Below are positions 11,515 through 25,100 of a stretch of DNA of 64,000 bases, one piece after another. The translations under genes and the position numbers were made by a program. The stretch is taken from NCBI RefSeq assembly GCF_031769215.1, contig NW_026782138.1, positions 248,001 through 312,000 of the forward strand, read 5' to 3'. A model generated the notes under the pieces. The model was given only the letters and a program-made list of their open reading frames with translations. It ran no database searches and was not told where the DNA came from. The stretch's first letter is position 1. Each line of letters opens with the position of its first letter. The stretch is from Ylistrum balloti (Eukaryota).

Positions 11515-11959
11515 TCTTTCACGACAAATGAGCATCGTCTGACCACGTGTTACCAACAACAATATATAACACAAGTTCAATGAAGTAAAAAAAAAATTAC
11601 CGCATGAATCACCTTTGTTGATATTAAGGAGAACCTGATTATTTGTGTCATTTTAAGTCATTTTTCGTTGCATATATCTATAGTTGTATTTGTAATTTTC
11701 TTTAGATAATGTTAGTGTCTACTGTGACGTTGTTTCATTATCACTTTCTGACGTCACGTTATATCAAGAAAGATTAGTTCATATATATCTAATGACATTG
11801 ACATTGTTCGGTGAATAGCCCTGTTATGAAAAGTGTTTATAATTGGTTGCATGGCAATTCATCAAATGTAACTTCTGATACCAGAAAACTAAATTACTTT
11901 TATTCGATTTAATTTTAAAGATCATGAAATATGTAATTTTGTAAAATGTGTGTCTTTTA

Positions 11960-12420
11960 AGATAAATAACTCCTATGAAGTATCAATGATGGACAAATAA
12001 TTGGTATTTGTAAAACATCTGGTGATACTTCCATTTGTGCAAGACATGACACATGACCTGCTAGAAAGTGCAAAATGCTGAGAAAGATGTAGCTATCTAG
12101 TTTGAAATTAGTGCTTAATGGTTTTGAATATAATACCCAAGGGTGCGTGTTGATGTTTATAGTCGTTGAGCACGTTTTCAACACTGATATATCGATGTGC
12201 ATATCCATAGACTTAACTCTGCTTTTATATATCAATTTTATATAAGACATTGTGCGATCTGGAGTTGGATGTTTTCGATAACTTTCAGTTTGTCAGGTGG
12301 TTCTGATGTTGTTAACATTGCTCTCATTTGGGAATCTGACATTACTTACTTTGATTGAATACAATTTACATGACGGGTGTCTTTGGTGAAGGAGAAGGCG
12401 CTCATCATTCCGAAACATAT
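11960..12420 (+). mobile_element. Heavily decayed Naiad-type RT C-terminus plus 3' UTR
   Basis: Remnants SYEVSM (approx. AYGVYM), KLVLNGFEYN and tttatagtcgt (approx. FYGR) are followed by the shared 3' repeat (catttgggaatctgacattac...tttacatgacgggtgtc...gaaggagaaggcgctc). Confidence 0.55.
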
Positions 12421-12719
12421 GCCAATTTTCTCTTTTTACATTTGTGAAAGGTACATTGTGTATCAATAAATGTTTTTCTTTACTAACTTTTAGATAGTGT
12501 TTTTGGACAAATGTGACCTTGAAATATTATGTGGTATTTCTCCTTGCTGTTTATTTATCTATTTATTTTTCTAATTCATTAATATTTAGTCAGATCAAAT
12601 GTGTGTTCCTCTCCGCTGAATAAAGGAACCATAAAACATGTAGAATGTTTTTACATTCTTTGATTTCATGAATTTAACGACATAATACTTATGTTTCGTC
12701 AGTTATGGTAAGGGCCTTA

Positions 12720-13620
12720 AATGTTAAAAACTTGGAGGCGGTTGGGGAAAATTCAAATTGGTCGAAATGAAAGGTAAAAAATTAGATGAAATCAAACACT
12801 GATAAATTTCATGTGTAGCTGTAGCAAGCTATTTTACGGAGAGGCTCATGTAGTCAGATACTCTCTCTGTTTGATAAGAGAGACCCATATCGTCTACCTC
12901 AGATATGGGTAAAAATAATCAACTACATTTGTTGTCTGTTGAAAAGTACATACTACAAGAGTACCACAGGGCGGAAATAGTCAGGATTTGATGTAAATTG
13001 TAAAAATAAGTCAGGTTACCAGGAGGCAAAATAGTGTTATAAGTTTGAATGATGAAGCATACTTAGGTTTAAAGAGGTGGGTTGAAACTAGAAATCAGTC
13101 TCTGGACGAGATTAAAAAGCTGAACAGAACAATCGCCAATAATCTAATTAAATGTCATTGAATCAAAATGTTATTCGAGAAAACCATAATATCATGTTTA
13201 GGTTTTCAAGCCTACCAAATGTTCATTGGTTGAAAACTAAGGAAGAGACATATGAACAAGATGTTTCAATTAAAAAAAAACAAATGGTAATGACTTTTTC
13301 GGAAATTGTAAAATCACAATGCCAGTAAGTCATGTCATTGTTATAAAGCAAACAAAGTTTCAGAGAAATTAGTGAAAACCTGAGGAAGGAGATATCAATA
13401 AAAAATATAAATGCTAAAAATCAAAGAGTAATAAATTCAAATTGTTGAATTGAACTCATGTATTGATGGTTTAAGCCTACCAAGTTTGAAACAACTCGAA
13501 AGAAAACTGAGTCAGATGATCTCCGGACAAAATCAACATTATAACAATAAGGGGCAGTAACTCTTCCAGATACAGTCGAAACAAACTGCCGTTTAGGTGC
13601 AGACATCATTTCATGTTGAT
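12720..13620. mobile_element. Degenerate repeat-containing element, possibly a Helentron/HINE-like remnant
   Basis: aagcctaccaa recurs about 265 bp apart (13209 and 13474), and the aaggggcagtaactc motif resembles mollusc Helentron-associated repeats (from memory, unverified). Confidence 0.3.
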
Positions 13621-13739
13621 TAAGCTTACCGTGTTTGAAAAAGATCGGTTACAAACTTCTTGTCATGTTACTTTTTTAGTTGTGCTATGTATATTCAATC
13701 GTCTCCAGTATCATACTGAAATCTAAAACATAAATAAAA

Positions 13740-14600
13740 CAACAAAAAGTATCAACTTGCGAACATAATACAAATTGGACAAAAATAACACAAAATATGA
13801 ACAAAAGAAAGATTCACACGGATACTCATGAAAAAGTACAAGGAGAATAAGACCAAGTAGGTGTTCCGGAACAGTAAACGTCTTCTGCTTCATCGACGAC
13901 ACCTACTATGTAAACTTAGGTTTATCCAAAGAAGTAATATTACGTTATCATCGACATGTACACCCACGGAACCAACAGGCAAACTGACGTGCATCAAACA
14001 CGTCCAGATTAAGAAATAAAACATTTCTCAATGATATCACTATGACGACCATAAAGCTTCCCTCATAATTTTCAACCTGCATCTTGTGATACCTTGTGTT
14101 ATGAGTTGTAGATATTTTACACAAAAAGTCGTGGTATTGTGAACAGGCCCTTGGATATCACATCATGTAAACACCATAAGTTGAGGATGCAGGGATGTTG
14201 GGAAAATCACTGTAGGAAAAGTGATCATGCTGATCATACAGCTTGACGGCAAGCTATACGTTTTGGTTTTAGGAAAACATCAAGATTTGCGGCTAATGTA
14301 GAGGAGTCAGTCCTTGATTTCCTTGATTTTTTTGTATATGCGATTTACGTGATCAAAATAACATTTTTTGAAAAACAATAGGCATTAATATTAATATATC
14401 TGAAAGTGGAATTGGAGGACTTTGTGACCTGTTAAGCTCTTCGATAAATGCAGCCTCGTTTGACAAGAAAAATACACCAGTCAGCCAGCAGAGGGGCACA
14501 GATAGCTCCCATAGGTATTCAAATAATCTGTTGGAATTTTTTCCTTCAAACTCAACCAAGATGTATATCCTTCATGGACTGTCTTCTATCTCTGTTAGAG
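13740..14600 (-). mobile_element. Decayed Penelope-like (Naiad-type) retroelement: RT motifs through the C-terminus plus 3' UTR
   Basis: The minus strand reads with frameshifts as VEF.GK / FQQII*IPMGAICAPLLAD / EAAFIEEL / STFRYI / KLYGRHSDIIEK...stop, then the shared 3' repeat. No GIY-YIG domain follows the RT. Confidence 0.85.
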
Positions 14601-17119
14601 AAAAGCTCAGTTTCCAATCGAATGACATTGATTTAAATTTTGTTAGTTCCCTGTCTCATATTCCATCATGTAGATATACTCCTTGTCTTGATACTTCACA
14701 TCAGCAGCCGAGAATAAATTAATTAGAATTTAACCATTGAATGCAATGGTTAAGTCGCTAAGTATCAGTACTTAATTCTTGAATTTATAGCCAGAAACAA
14801 CAATAAGTGCAACCAAGTTTTGTCAAAATTCGTTTAACGATAAAAAGGCTGACCCAAAAATAGACAAAATAAAATAGACGAATTTAGTCATTATATAGTA
14901 CGTGTAAGGGCACCAGCCCGTTTCAAGTTGACATTGTATGATAATTCTGATTGGAAACTGGAAATAAATATCGTTAAAACTGACAACGAGATGCGATTAT
15001 TTACGTAATAACGGACACTTCAACAGTTATCATAATATTCAAATTCAATTTGTCAAAACATAAACATATTTCCTTCTTTAGTTGCCAATGTCTTTTTTCT
15101 TAATTTTTTTCAAAATAAGATTCATTAATGTAACACCTCTTTACTGCTTAAGACTCAACAATTATTTATAATTTTTAACACCAATCGCAAATCCTCCTGA
15201 ACATGAAAAAATATCTTATGACTTACCATGTAAATAGATGTAATTAAGCTAATTGTTCCGACATTTTATTGAGCTAAAATTTCCAACACGCTAGGGACAT
15301 TCGTTTTTACACATACATGCGTGTGGTACCTCAAACCGTATTTCTGTTTTTACGAGAGTAATATCAGCGCCTCACTTCAACAAAATAATTTCCATTTTAA
15401 CACCTCTGCACATGCAAGCCAGCTTTTAGCTTGTGTCTAAATTTGGTTACAATTTTGTTTGAAGTAAAATATATTTATTATAACTGAGGTTGTCTGAAAA
15501 GAATGTGTGAACTGCGAAAATATGAACTAGTTTATTGTTGGGTGTTGACAGGTGCACGCTAGGCAAAGTCTTTGGTCGCCAGTTCCTTTTGTGTGTCAAA
15601 ATGCATCTCAAAAACTTGTGTTGACGTGAAGAGCATAGCATTCATCAGATAGTAAATAGAATATGTTGTCCGTATGAGCATTGTTGTTGGCCTCTCAATG
15701 GAACGACATTTTTTTCTAACTCCTTGATTACATTATTAAATCAGGATGCGAAACGTGTGACATCAACGCAAGACCGACCGTTCTCTGTCTTGATTAGTGA
15801 TTGAAGAAGTAGTGTTTGATTAAAGCTTTATATAAGTACATCAAATTCGACACAGGAATTCTATGCTCTAATGAAGACCTAAGTTCGACATCCTTTTCCT
15901 TTGCTATCTCGAGCTATGAATAAGATAACATAGATTCAGTGTTGCACCCACTAATGTAAAAAAAAAAAAACTAGAATGTGCACTTAACGTTTTAGTGTAT
16001 TTCCCAAATCTAAGACTGAAATACATTTACCATTCCGAAAACGCATTCATATATATGGATAAACGGATTTCACTTCGCCGACCTTGATTTTGCATTTTGA
16101 TGTCTTCTTTCATTTATTTTGCTGTTTCAACATTAAGTTCTAATACACCGACACCACATTATTGCTTCTCTTTCCTACATATGAAATCAATATTGAGAAG
16201 ACGTGACTGCATAAACTTGATTATGTCAATTCATTTAAAAACGTTGTTATCTGCACTCTACTTTAGTACTATTTCCATAGAAAAGTCAGAATGTTGATAT
16301 CCATTTTGAACTGGCCCTACTACAACCAATCTGTCATGTTTCGTGTAAAACATGAGTGAGTATTCCTATTTCATATCAGACAAAATTGTTGGTTCAAGGC
16401 AAGCAACCCCAATTTAGCTATTCTTTGCGTTTCACACACGTCACGAATGCTCAGTTACCTATTAAATAAAGCCTTGCTTTTTTTCAGGTCGAAATAAAAA
16501 AAACCACACTAGTCATTATATATACATTTGAATTCCCAAATATGATCAATTCTTCGCCCGGTATTCCATAACCAAACTTAAGTAAGCGAAATCTGATTGC
16601 TTTAAGCCATTAATTTATCATCAAACACACATCAGGGAACTTACGTGAAACACGACTAACAAATATTGCAAAACAGTTTATCAAACTAGGAGTTCCGTTT
16701 CTGTTATATTAAGAATATGACGAACTTATAAATCTTTTAAATGCAATCTGCCATTTTGACTTTGTCGTGAAGTTGGGAATTAAAAAAAGCACGTTACCGC
16801 TACGATAATGAACTCATTTAGCTCTTGTTAGCTTGGAATAAAATGTTCTCTATATCTTCGTTTAGAGGATTCCTGCTATATCGGAATGAAAAGCTGGATG
16901 CCAGTTTGGTTAACAACCTTTTGAGCTCAACACGGATGAACCATTAATGAAATCTCCTGAGTGGAATCAAGATTCCAGTTTATTTTATTAACCTAGCTCA
17001 GGCATTTGGTTTGTATGGTTTTGGACAGGAAATTAGCAGTCATTGTATTACATTCAAGTTTACTGACTTCACATCTGTGTCACGAACTTTCTGATTGGCT
17101 GTAAGTAAATAAATGTTAC

Positions 17120-17190
17120 AAAGGTACAGAATAGACAAAATATGAACAAAAGAAAGATTCAAACGGAGACTTATGATAAAGTAAGGATAC
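17120..17190 (-). mobile_element. Extreme 3' tail fragment of the same Penelope-like family
   Basis: caaaatatgaacaaaagaaagattcaaacggagac is nearly identical to 13791-13825 and 35974-36008. Confidence 0.65.
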
Positions 17191-20100
17191 CAAACCGATA
17201 TCTAAATTATATTCACCTTGGTCTCCTGGTACACCGATGATACACCAGATCTGATTGTCTGTATCTACATTAATTGTAGGGGGGGGGGGGGGTTCCATCA
17301 TATATTGAAAATTGTTAAGGTCGCGAGCGATTTTTTGCCTTCAAGAAAGACTATAAGAAAAGCTGAGAGATGCTGGCAGTCATCGCATACAGAATACAGA
17401 TATATGCGTTTGTAAGACCTAAGAAACATCTCAAACACTGATTTTTGAAATGCAAAGGTCCAGTAAAATCGTTTGAATCTTTTCTTAGATTATATCCATA
17501 TATTTTTTTCTCGACAAATTATACAATTTTATGTAAAGATGCCACTAAGGATACCGAATGTTTTTGAGAAACGTTGATGCTCAACAGTATGAAGACGCAA
17601 AAAAAGTTTTTTACTCAATTACTACCCCTTATCTAATTGTGACATTTGCATTATTCTTAATTGAAATAAAATTCTAAGTTATCATTTTTATTGTTTATTT
17701 TTTTTTCATGACGAGTTCAATAAAAATAATATTATAATATGATATTATTGCATGCCATGAATTAAACTGGCAATACCTATTATTCCCAACCATTGAAGCC
17801 AGTTTTCAGTCATTTTCGTCCGTCTGCCTTGCTGCATGGATGGGAACATTCTTGGAAAGAAGCCAGCAATCGAATAGAAGGCAATTGTAGGTACTATGGT
17901 GTTAGTGAAACATTAATACCTTACTGATGCTAGTTAAGGGTAAAGCGATATAAAACTTTGCCTGCCGCCTTTACATATCGTCTCTCACGATGGTTGCATT
18001 CTTTGCCGTGATGTAACTGAGTCAACACGTGGATACATGACAGGCGTAATACTTTTTTCAGTTCAAAACAATATTTACGGAAACAAATACATACGAGAGT
18101 CGTTGAAGTTGTATAGAGAAGATTGCTACGTCTTTGTTGGATAATTATGGGCGTTTGAATACATCTTGTTGAATCTCACAATGAGTGACAAGGGGTTAAT
18201 GGTAAGGCAGCGGGTTCTAGCAAATCGACTAAAATGTTGTCGATGTTGCTGTTCTGCGTCGTTGAAAGACAAAAAATAAACAACATTAAACAATTAGTTG
18301 AAGAAGAGTCACAAAGCGACATGCACCTCGTGCACAGAACACATCAAACTAAAATAAATAGGAACTGTCGTTGAGGCAGCGGGTGTTATATCTGTAGTGC
18401 GCGAACGGTTGATGCATGTTGGATGTATATAAATGTAAATGAACTCGATGATTCATAACGTTGAAATCTACATTAGGAGGTTAAACACTTCTAATTATTG
18501 GTTCTAAAGAGTAAATAACTGATTAAAGCAAGGATTTACAATCTACAAACAAACAAAAAAAAATAGGATAATTTTTCAGACCAGAAAGAAGTATATCAAC
18601 TACAAGTTGTCTTTTACAGACGTGAAAATTAGTGTCATTATGTTCTTTGTTGATTCCAGTGCAAGAGCAATGTTTGTGCAACACAATTACAATCAAGTCA
18701 AAGATATATCACTTTAGATAGAAATGACATACCGCGTAGTTTTTACGTTTATAGATTTTGATTTATTTCTTTAATCACCAAAGAATCCCATTAATTCAAC
18801 GAATCAATTTGCCACCCAATTTTTTAACAATGGTAAAAGCGATTTTCACTCTAATCCACGAAAAAGAAACATATAGCATCCTTATAAGCAGAGAAATTAA
18901 TGTGACGTTCATGTAATGTGTGAATAAAGGACAAAGATAACCTATCCGAATGGTCACAAAAGTGGTAAAACCCAAAAGCTCTACCACAATTTCTATGACT
19001 TAGACGGTTTTAATTCATAGGACAGTACATAATACATTTGAATAGAATAGAAATACACGTCTGAATAAAGTCTGCATATCAAACTTGAATAAAACAATAT
19101 ATTTCTAAGCAAACCGCAGATACTCCGATAAGCAATTCTTCACTCAAAATTTAATAACTATTAGGAACGTGTCATTCAATCGGAATAATTATCAAGTGGA
19201 ACAATAGAAAATAAACAATGGCACAATATATTTCACAAAATTTCATTAAATAAAAACAAATTAAATTCAAAACCAAGAATGCTGCATTAAAGTGAATGCG
19301 ATATGAAAATTATGTAACTATAATTCGATTGCCATTGAAATCATTTGCAAGACAGTATGCATATATAATTCAGATAAGACAAACGAAACTAACAGATCAT
19401 GTTTACCATCTAAAGATAGAAGGTCCCATAATCAATGTCTTTGCGATCCCAACATTTTACGTAGAAAATTACCACGTGAGTTAAATAATGTATTGCTTTA
19501 TTTGGTTCCAAATTAATGCCTAAGTGCAAAACACTCCAGCGTGATATCTAGATCTAGTATTGTAGTCTTGCGCAATTGACAAGTCTTTCCTCTCTATTCC
19601 TTCATCAGGTCGAACATATGGTGGGTTGATGTTGGAGGCAGTCGGAGCCAGCAATCCATACGTACCACTGGGACGCCACGGGCCTCTCAGCAATTACTTT
19701 ACAGGCACTTCGCAATAGATATAGTTCGAGTTCTAGAGGATAGAAGTATCTAGTAGTGACCTTTAAGGAAAGATACGAAGTAGGGGCTGCAGATTCGCTT
19801 TTTGATTACCATTAACCCATGCGCACTGATGAGGGAGTGAAGAAGGTAACGACAATAATGCTCGGGTATTTCTTATCGATATATATCACTTTGTCATGGA
19901 TTTTTTTTAATATGATATCAAATTGATGAAAAAGTAAATAAATGAAAGACTGCTGTGTTTGTTGTCAACATAGTCGTCCGAATATTGATAGCTATCTACA
20001 ATGAACATGAGCTTACAGAAGACATTTCCTTAACTCGAAACTTACTTATCAGTCTTTAGGGAAAACGAGATATGAATTGGTGAAGAATTAAACCAATTAA

Positions 20101-21606
20101 TTTCAATAAAAGTCACTGCAGCGCCCAACTAAAAACAAAGTATTTACAGTACACACACAAGTATGAAATTAAACAAACTCATATCTAGAAATTAACTTAA
20201 TGATGTTTTATTAGTTTACCTAGCACTTTTTTTATTGTGACGAAATGTATGGTTTGAAGCAAAAGGAAGAAGCAAGAGTGTAGGAATGCTTTGTTAAAAT
20301 GGATTGAATAATTAGCAATCGTCTCTTCTTGAAGAAGGAAATGTAAGGTTTTTATCGATTATCAACCTCTGACACTTAATCTTTCAAATGTGTTTCTTAT
20401 TTAGAATTTTTTTATTGACAGCGTATGCACTCTGCCTTTAACATACATCGTGTAAAAAATTGCACGAAAGAGGCAAATTTAGAATGAAACAGCATTTTTG
20501 AACTCGTTGCTGATGCTAAGGACCTAAAGTATTGAGATCTATGAGGCAAATGAGGAAATCAAAATTGGTTGAAAGAAATATCAAAATCTAGATTGAAAAG
20601 TGGATAAAATAAACGATTTTATAAAACAACACAAGCTCCGCTTATGCGCATAAAGTACAAGATAATTATATAGAACGAAATGCAACTCAGGGAATAACAT
20701 GTTTCTGATGTCTGGCATTAAATCACTAGCGATTTTCAACCAAACAAAGCAACCGCATTTTACCCTGTCTCGACATAATCTCCTCTCAACATCTGGCATC
20801 AAGTCAAAATCAACCCCTCATGATACTTCATGTCAACAAATTACAATGTGTTTAATCTTTGACGGCGATGAAGATGACCTATCTCGATCAATGCATGAAA
20901 GAAACTACCCTCTCAAAAACGCATATTAATTTACAATTATTGCAATGAATCAAAAATTATAAACAAGCATAACTTCTCGAGTCTTCTATCTAATGGTTTA
21001 AATATCTATTCTACAATGTTATATAGGCACAACAATGTATTGAGGAGAGACATACACGGTGTAAATATATATCAATTTCCCTTATGGTACTGTGATAAAT
21101 TGGCGATTTGTTTTCATTAAATCCCTGCATTACCATTATTGAATTAAACATAATATATCTGTCTGGAGATCTACGGGGCCAATAAATAAGGTAAGTCATA
21201 GTTGCCTTTAAATACTGAAGGCATACACCAGATTCGTGTATACAGTTGATTGTTAATCATGACAAGTCAGCACTCTCCTTACATGGCTATCAGATTCATT
21301 TACAGGAAACTACCATGAAATTTAGTTTGTTACATTTTTAAATAGATTAAAAAGAAAGTCTCTTGAGGTGTTATATATAAAATAATTTCGTCATTGTCGT
21401 AAAATATTATTACTATTTTTTAATCCTTGCTTTTACCACGAACTAACATGAAAATAATGCCTTTGTTCTCTTGTAATGAGAGCTTTATTTCCAATACAGT
21501 TTAACACCTGTATGAATATATGGTTGTGAAACGTGTTTTGTAAAAATCAAAACGCCCAAATCAAAAAAAAAAATTACGGGGGACGAAATGATCTAGTTTC
21601 CGTTTA

Positions 21607-22112
21607 GAGAACATCTTCGACGAGTTTGGTGGTAAGATCGCCCAACAGACTACTGGCATCCTTATTTAAACTAATTGTGCCCCCTCTGTTGACTGGCTTG
21701 TTTTTTTTTACGAGGCTGAATTTATCGAAGAGCTTATCAAAACAGGTCACATAGACCTTGCAAAGTCGTTTAAATTCACTTTCAGATATATTGATGACGT
21801 CTTTAAATGATAACAACTTTTTACCACACCAATTGCATATACCTTCCAGAATTGGAAATCAAAGACACTATAGACTCTTCTACACCAGCCACTTTTCAAT
21901 TTCTGAATAGGAACATTCCTGCATCCCCAACCTATGATGTTTACATGTCGCAGTTGATTCAACATTCAAAAATCTATTCCCATTATAACGAATTTAGTGT
22001 AAGAATTCGACAACTGAGGGACAAACTCAAAACCCATGGTTTCAAAATATGCAGGTTGATGAAAATTATGGATAAGGTTTACGGTCGTCATAGTGATATC
22101 AATGTTAAATAG
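21607..22112 (+). mobile_element. Decayed Penelope-like (Naiad-type) reverse transcriptase fragment
   Basis: ENIFDEFGGKIAQQTTGILI*TNCAP (approx. GIPMGTNCAP), YEAEFIEELIK, FKFTFRYIDDV (catalytic YxDD), then IYLPELEIKDT...NIPASPTYDVYMSQLI...KVYGRHSDINVK*. An internal deletion appears to remove the YLDL...YDKRDDF segment, and there are stops and frameshifts. Confidence 0.9.
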
Positions 22113-25100
22113 TTTTGTCAATGTGATTTAAGCTGAAACTGCCACATGTTTACATTGTAAAATGAAAGTACTGTTCAAATACGTAGGTTTGAATAATTTA
22201 AACTAAAATATAATGAAAAAGCAATCGCACTATGTTATCACAATAGAGAAGCAATTCCTTACACAGTCAAGTTTTCGCCACTATGATTTTTTCAATGATA
22301 TTAATTCATTGTGGTGTCTTCTTTCAGAAAATACGGAAATTTTTGTGGTATGTTATACGTTGATGTATTGCGTTATTAACTCCTTACGGAAGGACGGCAA
22401 AACAAAACACTGTTGATAACATATGTTTATAAAATCTACAGAATAGATAGGAATACACAATCCACAAAGCAACGTATACGATGCGTCTGAATAGAGTGAT
22501 ATTATGTAATAGAGCGTATCTCGTCTTAGGCTGTAAACATTCCTTAGAATGTTTGAAAGTCCCATTTGGTGTTTCTTTTTTTAGATTTGTATCATTTATT
22601 TGTTTAACAAAGGGGTGTTTTTCTATTTGTAAATCTACATTCCATGACATTTGGTATTAGAAGGATATTTTGTATGGGAAAAAACCCATTACGAGCTACT
22701 ACAGAGTTCATATTTTCTTTCTTCTGAAGGCAATGTTTATACATATGAAATATGTTTTCTATCTTATACGGTTCAACCTTTTATTTATTTGATTTTATAA
22801 AACAGACATATTTCTTGGAAACCATCAGGAGACAAATTCAGAACAAGACTATGACAGATTTGTATTCGTGTGTTAGGCGACTTGGTGTGTTAGAGAACTG
22901 GCAGACATCTATGTTTTACACTAAATATATCTGTAACCGACATCCGATCAATCAGCTATCATTGATAATGCTATCTCCAAATAATGGTTAAAATCGATGA
23001 CATAGTGCTTGAAATAGGTCACAACATCTATACACTGCCCTTCAGCAGTAGCCTAGAGACCTCCCTGTATCATGGTTTAATTACCCTTGGGTGCAGAGAT
23101 AGAGCACATGCCATTATCCATTAAAGATATACACTGTTCTACTCAGACTGACCATGACATTGTAAAACATTGTGATACTATCATATAACAGAGTTTAGAT
23201 AGTGATGGTGTTCGCATATATATACATAATTGTTTATATAATTACACATCGGATTTTTCTTTTTTATTATTTACATCAACATAATTGATATTTCTTATAT
23301 GTACTTCAATGATATTTTTTTATTATTTTATTTTTACAAAACAGATGTTTTTCATACATGTGTTTACATAATTGATGTTTTTCCATAATTGATGTGTTTT
23401 TTTTTTTTTTTATATTTTCTTATCTGATTTTTTTTACTTTGTTTTCTTTTATATTACAACAATGTGCAACAAGATATTCATTATAAAGTGTACGTGAAGC
23501 CATTTGTCTCCTAAAAAAAGACGAATTTCAATGTAGCGAGTAGCATGTACAGTTCTGATAGGTCTAAAAAGATGCATATCGTCACTGAATGATTATTTCA
23601 TTACAAATATTAAGTTATTATGTACGTTTTTACCATGAGCCTTTCGGCGGATGACCCATCAAATTATTCATCGAGTTATAAAAATCAGTGTTAAATCGGC
23701 ACGAGTGTTATGATATAACCGTATTCTTAAAAGGCAAACATTCTTAAATTAATTTTCTTATAAGAGTAATTTATTTCGACGCAATCGACACGTTTTTCAC
23801 CACCGCGACAATCATGTGACGTCATCGTATTTAAAATATCTCAACACTTATTTCAAGTGTCTTCCGATATTTATAGCATGGCCGTTAATAAATATATGAC
23901 ATGATACAACAAGACAGTTATGTTTTGCAGCCTGACGTTCATGTCGACGAGTTTCACGACATAAAACTCGATAAAAATTGATCACATACGAAAACGATGT
24001 ATCAGACATAACGACGTGACATATCTTGTCAATAATGCACACCAATCTGACATAGATTCAAAATCTCTTTAACATATTACATGTAGTTCAATTCCAGATC
24101 AATGCATAACAACCTCTTATTTTATACACCCTCCGAAGTCGATTATGGGTTAGCTATAAAACATCTGCTGCCGACAGTGTACAACTTGTCGGAGATTATC
24201 AGTCAGATTGTTAATGTGAGGTGGTACCAGAGTTCCTACTCAAGGACAAGGTAAAATTGACTGTCACGACATTTTCGTGTCACCTAGTACGACCAGTTCT
24301 AAGTTCTGATTTACACTAATTTATAAGGATGTATGTAGTCATTGAATTAGGTGTGTTAGCAATAGCCTACAGATTCGTTCTTACCGCTTCTAATGAAAGA
24401 TAAAAATACTGAAAAAAGAAAATAACAATGTAAGTCAAAAACAACAATGCGGGAAATTCCATTGAACATAGAGGAAAGTTGATGACAGAAGCCATGTTTG
24501 TGAATGTCAGTAAGCTGGTAAAATCCACGTAAAGAATAGGTTTTCTAGATATCTTGTTTTATGAAAAAGTGTTATTCAGGAGAGGCCTCCAGTAAGATTG
24601 GATCCCCTTTTCCCCTACACGGCATTAATAAAAAGGAAGTTTGCGATTGCAAACGTGTCCCTCGTCATCGATTGATTATGACGAACAGACACGCCAGCAC
24701 ACGAACATGGTCACGTGATACACCACCATCGTTAATCTATTTAATAACATTCATTTTTAACTTGTAATCAAAAATAAAAGAATTAAGAAAATACATCTGT
24801 TATTTTGTTCGCTGAGGAAAGGATTGGCAGCAACGGCCGTGCGTATTTCTTCCTCCAACAAACGTTACAACCAACTGTATACTGCCATTCAATGATTCTG
24901 GCACAAAATTCTGGTTCCTTCATTAGTAACTAACCGCGCCACTGGAACGCTATAAATTCTAGAGTCAATTAATATTTCAACTATTTATAAAAGAAATACA
25001 AGTATCATTAGGTACAGTTATGCTAACGAAGAACAAATGTAAAATCCACGATATAATGAAATCCATCAAATATCAAGTAACAAAGACAAAATTGCGAACA

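Noticed and set aside
13740-14600. Selenoprotein-type Naiad (in-frame UGA plus SECIS), as reported for some clam Naiads
   Set aside because: Conserved Cys positions are TGT in the copies read, the TGA seen replaces a Gly codon, and the 3' hairpin has only about 23 nt between ATGA and GA, too short for a canonical SECIS.
18185-18275. tRNA or tRNA-derived SINE head (ggggttaatggtaaggcagcggg)
   Set aside because: Only an A-box-like stretch is present, with no B-box (GTTCRA) and no cloverleaf.
19575-19615. Minus-strand CTGATGA...GAAA as another hammerhead (likewise CTGATGA at about 43050)
   Set aside because: Stems II and III do not pair, and the 43050 site has no GAAA.
20595-20930. LINE endonuclease remnant on the plus strand (INDFIKQHKL, DVWH, FTLSR)
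   Set aside because: Motif spacing is inconsistent and similarity too weak to support by eye. A frameshift-aware search would be needed.
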